The position numbers and the translations under genes are program-made. 20,076 bases of DNA from NCBI GenBank assembly GCA_013416795.1, contig RQSC01001371.1, forward strand, positions 47,746 to 67,821. The letters run 5' to 3'. Below are positions 8,545 through 17,227 of the stretch, piece by piece. Source of the stretch: Prasinococcaceae sp. CCMP 1430. Taxonomy: Eukaryota > Plantae > Prasinodermophyta. The first letter of the stretch is position 1. The number at the start of each line of letters is the position of its first letter. The notes beneath the pieces are model-generated. The model saw only the letters and a list, made by a program, of their open reading frames with translations, ran no database searches and had not been told where the DNA came from.

Positions 8545-8967
8545 GTGAGACCGGCGCGCGCGCGCGCGCGATCGGCAGTTCTGGATTCGATCCTGGGTTC
8601 GCGCGAACCCAGACGGCGCGCGCGGCGCGCCCCCTGCGTGGTACACGCCCCAGCGGCGGCGGATCGAATGCGACGCGAATGCGCGATCGAATTCGCGATG
8701 GAATTCGCTATCGAATTCAATTCGCGTTCCGTTCCCGGACTTTTTTGTGCTCGCGCGACAAGGCGGCGCCTGTTTGCAACAATTCCGAAAATTGCGCCTG
8801 GGCGAGCGCGTTTTTAAAAACCAAACCACCAGCGCAGGCGGCGCGCGGCGGCTGCGTCGTCCGTCGGTCTGTCGGGCGGCGCGGCACACGGCGCGCGGCG
8901 GCGCACGGCGCGCGGACGCCCGCGCAGAGGGCGGGCGGGAGGGTTTCGAGAAAGCCGGCCGGGCGCC

Positions 8968-9764
8968 ATGCGCTTCCTGGGCGGCAGCACGGCGGCGACC
9001 GAGGGCACGGAGGAGTTCGCCGCGGCGTGCCGCGCGTACAAGTACGTCGGGCCCAACCTGTCGCTGCTCGAGCGCAACGGCCTCGAGCGGCTGTGGGCGG
9101 CGCTGCCGGGCAACGTGTACCCGCCGTGGCTCGCGCCCAACGTGGTCTCGCTGATGGGCGGCGGCGCGATGATGGCGGCGACGACGCTCATGTGGCTGTA
9201 CTCGCCCGACCTCGACGGCGCGGCCCCCATCTGGGTGTACGTCGCGCAGGCGGCGCTCATCTTCGCGTACCAGACGCTCGACGGCTCCGACGGCAAGCAG
9301 GCGCGCGCGACGGGCTCGGGCTCGGGCCTCGGCGAGATGGTCGACCACGGCATCGACGCGCTGGTGACGGCGTCGGCGGCGTGCGTGGTGATGGACGCGG
9401 GCTCCTTCGGCCTCGCCAACATGCACACGTGGGCCATCCTCGGCGCGCTGCAGGTCGTCTTCTTCGTCTCCAACATGACGCTGCTGCACACGGGCAAGCA
9501 GCTCATCAACGACATCGACGTGATCGAGCTGCACTGGGCGGGCATCGCCACCCTGCTGGGCACCGCCTTCGTGCCCGGCGGCACCGCGGCGTGGCGGCGG
9601 CCCATGGCCCCCTTCCTGGCGGCGGAGCGCCTGCCCGCGTGGATGTCGGACACGCTGCCCTACATGGCGGAGGACGGCGGCGTGTCCACGCGGCTCTTCC
9701 TCGCGTGCGGCTGCTGCGTGGGCATCGTGGCCAACCTGGCCTTCTACATGTACACGGTGTACAG
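8968..9764 (+). CDS. N-terminal exon of a choline/ethanolamine phosphotransferase (CDP-alcohol phosphotransferase)
   Basis: YKY, PPWLAPNVVSL and the catalytic motif YQTLDGSDGKQARATGSGSGLGEMVDHGID (DxxDGxxARxxxxxxxxGxxxDxxxD). Phase-2 donor TAC AG|GTGGGT at 9765; the intron runs into N9903. Confidence 0.9.
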
Positions 9765-9904
9765 GTGGGTGCGGTGCGACTGACTGTGTGTGTGTGCCCG
9801 CCCTCCCTCCCTCTGCGCGCGCGCGCGCCGAAGTCGCCGCCCGCCTCGGCCGACGGCGCGCTGACTGACGCGCGCGCGCCCGCCGCGCGCGCGCGCGCGC
9901 GCNC

Positions 9905-11899
9905 GACGATGCGTTGGATGATGGCAAGAAGGACAAAAGGCGGGGCGGCGGCGGGCGAGGCGGGGCGGGCGGCAGGGGGGGTGGCGGTGGTGGCGGTGGA
10001 GCGCCTCGGCCCGGTCGCACGCCGGAGGGAAGCGGGCGCCTACACGAGTATTCCGAGGGCGTGAAGGTTGCCGGTCATTTCTCGCAGTGGTCGGAGTTCA
10101 GCCAGATGCCCATGGCGACTGTGACCGCCGTGCTGGGGCGCGTGGGATCGCTCGAGGCGGAGACGGCGGCAATCTTGCACGAGTTCAACGTGCCGTCAAA
10201 TGAGTTTCCTCCGGAGGTCTTTGAGGACCTGCCGCAGGGCGAGGCGCTCACAAACGTTAACCTGAGTGCGCCCGGCGGCGCACTCGACGCGCCGCGCCGT
10301 GACCTGCGCGAGTGGCGCATCACTTCGATCGACCCGCCCACCGCGCGCGACCTCGACGACGCGTTGTCCATCCGCGAGCTGCCCAATGGCCGCACCGAGG
10401 TAGGTGTGCACATCGCCGACGTCACGCACTATGTTGTTCCCGGCACCTCGCTCGATGCGGAGGCCGCTGAGCGCTCGACCTCCACGTACCTCATCGACGG
10501 CGTCATTCCGATGCTGCCGCGCCCGCTCTGCGAGCATCTGTGCTCGCTGCAGCCGGGCGTGGACCGCCTGGCGTTCTCGATAACGTGGGAGTTCGACAAG
10601 CAGGGCAACATTCACAACGAGTGGGCCGGCCGCTCCATCATACGCTCGTGCGGCCAGCTCGCGTACCAGAATGCCTACAACCTCATGCAGGGGCTGCCGC
10701 CGGACGAGGGCGACATCAAGCTGCCGGAGCTTCACAACGGGGTCACGTGGAACGACGTGGCCCACGACGTCAAAGCGCTGTGGCGGATCGGCTCGCAGCT
10801 GCGCAGGAAGCGCTTCGCCGACGGCGCGCTCGCCCTCCATCGGGTGAAGTTCGGCTTCAAGCTTGACGAGACGGGCCAGCCCACGGCGGCACACCACTAC
10901 AAAACCAACGAGGCGAACCAGCTGGTGGAGGAGTTCATGCTGCTCGCAAATAGGTCCGTGGCGCGCATTATCGCGGAGGAGTTCCCCGACCGCGCGCTTC
11001 TGCGCCGCCACCCACCGCCCGACAAGAAGAAGCTCGGTGATCTGGCGTCCTTCGCGGCCAAGCACGGCCTTAGCGTCGATACGCGTACCTCAAAGTCGCT
11101 GCACGAGAGCTTGCAGAAGGCGCGGCAGACGTACCGTGACCAGGGGCTTGCGGACGTGCTCGTGCACTTCGCCACCAAGCCCATGCAGCTCGCGATGTAC
11201 TTCAGCTGTGGCATGGCCATCGAGGCGGACTGGCCACACTACGCGCTCGCCATGGAGCGCTACACGCACTTCACCAGTCCCATCCGGCGCTACGCGGATG
11301 TGGTTGTGCACAGGATGCTAGCCGCAGCACTCGACATTCGCGCGGGTGCTGTGGAGGACCACGAGGCCGCCATCGCTAAGTGGCAGCTCTATGAGTGCGA
11401 GGACGCCGACCGGCAAGCCTCGCGCTGCAACGAGCGCAAGGAGGCTGCCAAAATGGCGCAAGAGGCCTCCGAGCGCCTCTATCTGTGCCTGCTCTTGAAT
11501 GCCGGCAAGGAAGGCGACCCGCGCGTTGCGAGGGTCGGCGAGGGTGGCGTCAACCGCTACACCGACGGGCTGATCGTCTCTGTTGGCTCGAAGTTCATCT
11601 CCGTCTTCCTGCCGCACTACTCCATCGAGAGCAGGTGTTACCTGGATGACATCCACCCCGACCTGCAAGCTGCGCACGACCCTGACAAGTTCACGGTTAC
11701 GCTCACCGGAGGGCCGGCAGGCGGCGGGCGAACACTGCGCATTCTCGACCACTGTACCGTGGAGCTTCACGCGGTCTTTCCCAATCGCGGTCCGTGCCAG
11801 ATTCGCACCACGCTTCTCGTTGGGGAGGGGGAAGAGCCGCCCGACACGCGCCACCACTTGCCCGCGGTGGCAGCCGCGCACGCATCGGAGGACGTGTGA
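9905..11899 (+). CDS. DIS3L2-like RNB-family 3'-5' exoribonuclease, 5'-incomplete
   Basis: RRDLR...SIDPPTARDLDD, VGVHIADV, LCSLQPGVDRLAFS, VEEFMLLAN, HYALA..YTHFTSPIRRYADVVVHR. No introns seen. Confidence 0.85.
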   Translation, partial: DDALDDGKKDKRRGGGGRGGAGGRGGGGGGGGAPRPGRTPEGSGRLHEYSEGVKVAGHFSQWSEFSQMPMATVTAVLGRVGSLEAETAAILHEFNVPSNEFPPEVFEDLPQGEALTNVNLSAPGGALDAPRRDLREWRITSIDPPTARDLDDALSIRELPNGRTEVGVHIADVTHYVVPGTSLDAEAAERSTSTYLIDGVIPMLPRPLCEHLCSLQPGVDRLAFSITWEFDKQGNIHNEWAGRSIIRSCGQLAYQNAYNLMQGLPPDEGDIKLPELHNGVTWNDVAHDVKALWRIGSQLRRKRFADGALALHRVKFGFKLDETGQPTAAHHYKTNEANQLVEEFMLLANRSVARIIAEEFPDRALLRRHPPPDKKKLGDLASFAAKHGLSVDTRTSKSLHESLQKARQTYRDQGLADVLVHFATKPMQLAMYFSCGMAIEADWPHYALAMERYTHFTSPIRRYADVVVHRMLAAALDIRAGAVEDHEAAIAKWQLYECEDADRQASRCNERKEAAKMAQEASERLYLCLLLNAGKEGDPRVARVGEGGVNRYTDGLIVSVGSKFISVFLPHYSIESRCYLDDIHPDLQAAHDPDKFTVTLTGGPAGGGRTLRILDHCTVELHAVFPNRGPCQIRTTLLVGEGEEPPDTRHHLPAVAAAHASEDV

Positions 11900-12053
11900 A
11901 TAGGCCACCTCTCAAGCGCGCAACGACCAGGACGGCCACCAGTGGTGTTTTAATGACTTCTCACTTTGCTAATACAGTACGTGTGGTCGCGTTTGGTCTC
12001 CTGGGGTGCGCGCACCCAGGTTGCTCTCATCTCACAGTGCGCAGCGCTACAGC

Positions 12054-13169
12054 TCACTCGAAGTACTCGTTGGTGAAGATCGCCTCCGCGCGCACTTGAT
12101 CTCTGGGGATGCGCTCGCCCACGTCGCCAGCTCGAAGCCCGTCCAGTGTCGCTGACTGGCCCTTGACCGGCTGCCGCGAGTTCGCGTACGTCGTGAGCAA
12201 GCCCTCTTTGTCCAGCCAGTCCAGGTACGCATTCCAGCGCTCGGGGGTCTGGCGCCCCCATTTGCCGTCGCCATCTAGGTACGCCGGCCCGAGCTTGCGC
12301 TGTGAGCGCACGCACATCTCGAGATCGAGATTGTCGTCGCCGCAGAGCTCCTTGGCGCCTTCCACGAGCTCGCGCGCTGCCTCCTCTGGATGCGCGGCCG
12401 CCCATTCGTAGCCCTCTGCAGTGGCCGCAAGGAAGGCGCGCACGTCGTCCGCGCGTGCAGTGAGCGTCTCGGGCGCCGCCACGAGGCAAGGCGCGTATGC
12501 GTACGGTATTCCGTAGTCTTCAAGCATGAAGTAGTTCAGCTTCTGATCGTCCCCACTCATCTCGGCCTGCACGCCCTCCCAGCACGTGAATACCCACGTG
12601 GCGTCGGCCTCGCCCTTGAGCACAGTGTTCCACAGGCCAAGCATGGGCTCCACACACTCCTCGTAGTCGCCTGTGCCGCCGTCGGCCTGGATGAGGCGCT
12701 GGATGATGCGTCCCTCGAAACGGGCGGCATAACTGGCGTAGCGTTTCCCGTCCAGCTCGCGCGGCCGGGTGATGTCCTTACGCGCGGCGACGGCCGAAGT
12801 GTTACGCTGGCACAGAGCGGCGACGGTAGTGAGCGTGCGCTCGCGCCGGCCGCTCGCGCCGCATGCAGGCAAGTTCCAGCCGACCACTCCCTCCGGCGAG
12901 TTCATGGCAAAGGTCACCTCTCCGGTGGATGCCAGGCCACACGGCGTGGCGTAGCCACCGCCGTCGCCGCCGCTCACGTAGCTGCCCTTGTAGCGCGCGT
13001 CTGCCGCGGAGAGCAGCTCCACGGTGAGCCCCCTCTTCGCGTACATCCCACGCCTCGCGGCGACGAAGAACCCGGTGTGGTTCGTGTTGGGCGTCCAGTC
13101 GAGCGCGACGACCACCGGCGCGCCGCCCCCTCCATCGCCGCCGCCGTTGCCGCCGCCCGCCGCGGCCAT
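12054..13169 (-). CDS. NMT1/THI5-family (ThiY-like) thiamine-precursor-binding protein
   Basis: VALDWTPNTNHTGFFVA...G, GKRYASYAARFE and DYGIPYAYAPCLVA are typical of the NMT1/ThiY periplasmic-binding fold. Intronless, 371 aa. Confidence 0.8.
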   Translation of the reverse strand: MAAAGGGNGGGDGGGGAPVVVALDWTPNTNHTGFFVAARRGMYAKRGLTVELLSAADARYKGSYVSGGDGGGYATPCGLASTGEVTFAMNSPEGVVGWNLPACGASGRRERTLTTVAALCQRNTSAVAARKDITRPRELDGKRYASYAARFEGRIIQRLIQADGGTGDYEECVEPMLGLWNTVLKGEADATWVFTCWEGVQAEMSGDDQKLNYFMLEDYGIPYAYAPCLVAAPETLTARADDVRAFLAATAEGYEWAAAHPEEAARELVEGAKELCGDDNLDLEMCVRSQRKLGPAYLDGDGKWGRQTPERWNAYLDWLDKEGLLTTYANSRQPVKGQSATLDGLRAGDVGERIPRDQVRAEAIFTNEYFE

Positions 13170-13564
13170 GATGGCACGCCCCGCACTCCGCGCCGCCGCC
13201 GCACGCGCGAGATGTGCCGCCCTCGGGGCCGCCGGCGTTGTGCGGGCGCGCCCTAGCTAGCCCTCAGACGAGTGTAACTGACGCAGTGGCCCGATCCGCT
13301 GTTAGAAAACCGCATGTGATTTGATTTGATGGGGAAAGTCTTGCAGAACTGTGGAGCACAGACGACCCAAAATCCGCAGGACGCCCTCAGCAGCATCTCG
13401 CCGCGTGGCCGCCGGCGCCAGGCGGCACCAGCAGCGACGGGTGCGTGGCCGCAGCGGCGCGGCAGGCAGCGCGTGGGAAGGCGTGGCAAGCAGTATGTAC
13501 GTATGTAACACTCTCGGAGGACGAGAAAAATGCCTAGACTAGCTAGAGCTCCGGCCGCACGCGC

Positions 13565-13922
13565 TTATGCCGCCGCCACGCGCTTCAGCGTGGCGAAATT
13601 GTCCGCGATGATCTTCGTGGACGGCGAGATGCGGTAGCCAGCACCGTTCTCCTTGGCCCACGCCTGCAGGATTGGACGCACCGTGTGGTAGTTGTACCTA
13701 GGCATCGTGGGGAACAGGTGGTGCTCGAGCTGCGTGTCCATGCCGCCCCACAGCCACGTTTCGATCGGACCGAACACAGTGTCCGCGTCACGCGTGCTGC
13801 GAAACTGCCCTTCGACAAAGTCCGGCTCATCGCCCTCCAGCATGATCTCCTCAGACTGGTGCGTCGCGGACACCAGCGCACCCACCAAGAAGCCCCCAAG
13901 GAAGATTGAGCCGATGGCCCCC
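13565..13922 (-). CDS. C-terminal fragment of a front-end-type membrane fatty acid desaturase
   Basis: WLWGGMDTQLEHHLFPTMPRY carries the Q-substituted third histidine box (QxxHH). TAA at 13567-13565. The 5' part is absent and abuts a DENN intron tail. Confidence 0.75.
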
Positions 13923-13948
13923 CCACAAAACACCCCCCCCACCACCAG

Positions 13949-16900
13949 GACGACGCCCCGTCCCCCGCCCCGTCGTCGTCCCCTCAAAGAAGAGGCCTCG
14001 GGGGCCTCAGCGCCGCGTCGGCCGAGGCGGCCCGCCGCCGCCGCCTCAAGACCTCCCTGCGCAACACCTTCACCAAGGGCGCCAAGAAGGCGGCCGCGCA
14101 CTACGACCCGTCGCAGCTCGCCGAGTCGAAGCGCCTGTGGCAGTCGCAGGCGCGCGCGAGGCGCGCGCACGAGCTGCGCTCGGGCGCGCTGCGCCCGCAC
14201 GCGCTGCTGGCGGGCTTCGCCGTGGTGGGCGTGCCGCCGCAGGCGGACGNAGCCCCAACGGGCGATTCGCGGAGGGCGCCGCAGCGATCGACGGAAAGGT
14301 GCTGGAGAGGGTCGAGGCCATCGGCAAGAACCTGCTCTACTTCTTCGGGGGCGATGGCCGCGGCGGGCGACGGCAAGCGGCAGGCCAAGGTGCGCTTTGT
14401 TTTCCCGCGCGCGCTCCCCGGGCGCTCCCTCCCCAGGCACTCGCTGACGCTCGCGCACCCACACACACACAAAAAAATTCCATCAAGAGCTACTACTACC
14501 GCGGCCAAACCGGCGGCCACGCGGTCGACCCCGAGGTGCTCCTGTGGTGGCCGCCCCCCTGTCCCGACCAATCATCCTCCCAAACAAGCAGCACCATCGC
14601 TACCCAGCTCTCCTCCCAGCTGCCCTCCTTCTGCTTCCCGCACGGCGTGCACGCGCGGCTCGTCGAGCGCACGCCCTCGCGCTCCGAGGTGGACCGCGTG
14701 CGCTTCGGCGCGGGCGGCGCGGGCGCGGCGGCGGCGTGGGCGCGCGATCGCTTCGTCTTCACGCTCAAGGTGGGCGACGGCGCCAACAACGAGCTGCTGT
14801 ACGGCTGCGTGGTGCTGGCCGAGGAGCTCGTGGGGCGCGCGCCGGCCGTGGCGCGGCAGGCGGCGCGCGCGGCCGCGGCCTCGGAGGACGGGCGGGCGAG
14901 CAGGTGCGCGCGCATGAGACTGGCCGCGCCCATGATGATGGTGGTGATGATGCGCGAAGGAATCTCCCCTCACCCCAGCGCTGACGCCCCCCCCCCCCGC
15001 ATCCTCTGCTTCCCACCCACCCACCCACGCAAAACAACGTCCAGCAGCAGCACCACCGCCGCCGCCTCGCTCCCTCGAGCAGGAGAACAACAACAACACC
15101 TACATCACCACCAACAAAAAACAAAGACCTACACAACAACAACAACACGCACCGAGCTTGTCGAAGGCCTCACCGCCGCCGCGCCGCGCGCGTACGTGGC
15201 GCTGTCCTACCTGCCGTGCTTCGAGTTCCACTTCGAGCTCATCGCGCGCGTGCTGGAGGCCGAGCACCTCGACCGCGTGACGCTCGCCGCCGAGGAGCTC
15301 GCGGCCGAGCTCGAGGCGGCCGCCTTGGGCGAGCAGCCCGCCTTGGGCGAGGAGCCCGCGGCGACCACGCGGCAGCACCCCGCGCCCTCCTTGTCGACCC
15401 CCGCCCCGTCGTCGGTCCAGGCGCCGGCGGCCGGCGGCGCCGGGCGCGCGTCCGACGAGGACGGGGCGCTCTCTCGCCAGGAGCGACGACGGCGACGCGG
15501 AGAGCGCCTCGTCGAGCCGCCGGCGTGGTGGCAGGAGGAGGGGAAGGGAAGGGCTCGTCGGCGGGTCGAGGCAGCAGCGGCAGCAGAAGAAGACGACGAC
15601 GACGACGAAGGGACCTCGGCAGGGGAGGGGGCTTGTTCGCCCCCGTCGAGCCCCCGCACGCCGCCGCCGCCGCCGGCATCGCAGCAGCAGCAGCAGCAGG
15701 AGCGGGAGGAAACGGATGCGGATGCGGAGACTGAGTCACCACCGCGCGCCCACCCCCACCCCCGTACCGACCAACACCACCCCAACTCAACCCCCTCGCC
15801 CTCCTCCCCACCAAAAAAGAAGCCCAACAAACGCTTCCCCTCCCCCTCCCCCCCAAACAACAACGTGCTCTCCCTGCTCTCCGACGCGTGCAGGCAGGCG
15901 GCGCCCGCGCCGGGCGAGCACGTCGCGCTGCGCTGCGGCGACGGCCCGCCGATCGGATCATGACGCATGCGACAGCGAAGGCAGCAGTACGAAAGAGGAG
16001 CGGGCTGCGCGCTGGCGGAGCGCACCATGGAGCGCGCGCGCGCCGCGTCGGCCGAGGCGGAGAACGGCGTCGCGGGCGAGCAGCACCAGCAGCAGCAGCA
16101 AGAGCAGCAGCAGCATCGCTCGTCCTCCCTCGAAGAAGAGGAAGAAGAAGACGAAGACGAAGATGGAGGAGCACAAAAACACCAACACCAACACCACCAA
16201 CCCTCCCCCCCCACACACAAAAAAAACATCTCAGCAGAGTCGTCCTCCCCCCCCCAAAAACTCCTCCATCGCGCCCTGCCCGGCGAGCACGCGCTCGAGG
16301 CGGCCGCGTGGGGCGCGAGCGCGCTGTGCGCGTGCCTGCCGCTCGACGGCGTGCTGAGCGTGCTGTGCGCGGCGCTGCTCGAGGCGCAGGTGCTCTTCGT
16401 GTGCCCCGCGCTGGGCACGCTCACCGCGTGCGTCATGGCGGTGCCCGCGCTCGTGCGCCCCCTCGAGTGGCAGTCGGTGCTGCTGCCCGTGCTGCCCGCC
16501 GCCATGGTGTCCTTCCTGGAGGCGCCCGTGCCCTTCGTGGTGGGCGTGCAGTACAAGACCGACGCGGTGCGCGAGGCGTCGCGCGAGTGCGTGCGCGTCA
16601 ACTGCTACAAGAGCAAGGTCTTCATGGGCGGCCTCTCGCACATCCGGCTGCCCTGCCAGGCGCAGCTGGCGGAGACGCTCGCGCCCTTCCACGCCGCGCT
16701 GGCGGAGGGCGCGGGCGCGGGCGCGGGCGGCCGGCTGGGCGTGACCGCGGCGCGCGCGGAGGCCGCGCTCGCCGTGGTGGCCAAGGTCAACCGGTACGTC
16801 GAGGCCGTGCTGTGCGGCGACCTCCACCAGCACGCCATCACCGACGTGTCGCAGGGCGAGAAGGTGTCGCTGCTGCTCAAGGACTCGTTCTGCGACAGCT

Positions 16901-17001
16901 TCGAGCGCGGCGCCGACCGCGCGTTCGCCAGGCTCTTCGCCGAGACGCAGATGTTCAGCGCGTACGCCGACCTCGCGCTGTCCAGCCTCGGCGGCGGCTG
17001 A
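13949..17001 (+). CDS. DENN-domain protein (uDENN-DENN-dDENN), multi-exon, 5'-incomplete and interrupted at N14250
   Basis: FAVVGVP, LPSFCFPHGVHARLVERTPS, FVFTLKV, LYGCVV, LLEAQVLFVC, LVRPLEWQSVLLPVLP, LEAPVPFVVG, FAETQMFSAY. Clear introns at 14390-14487 and 14904-15044; other boundaries are uncertain. Confidence 0.8.
14251..14352 (+). other. About 34-codon fragment resembling the Fpg/Nei DNA glycosylase N-terminal domain
   Basis: SPNGRFAEGAAAIDGKVLERVEAIGKNLLYFFGG resembles the Fpg/Nei 'GKxLxxxF' strand and is unrelated to the flanking DENN text. Recognised from memory only. Confidence 0.5.
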
Positions 17002-17227
17002 GCGACCGCGCCGGCAGGTGGGCGCGCCCCTCCCGCCGTGCGCCTGATAATGAGTGGATTGCGAACGCAGCGGCAGACGCGGCTGCGCGGCGCGGCGCCG
17101 CGCGCGGAGGCGTCGCCAGAGAGGAGGCGCCGCGCGCACCTTCTTCGCGGCCCCTCTTCCCTCCCACGCGCTCCGCCCACACACGCGTGTACACACGCAC
17201 ACACATACCTTTCTTACTGTTCTTCCT

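Noticed and set aside
9905-10080. Apparently shortened DIS3L2 N-terminus as a novel domain loss
   Set aside because: It lies directly after N9903 in a region with other misjoins, so it cannot be separated from an assembly gap.
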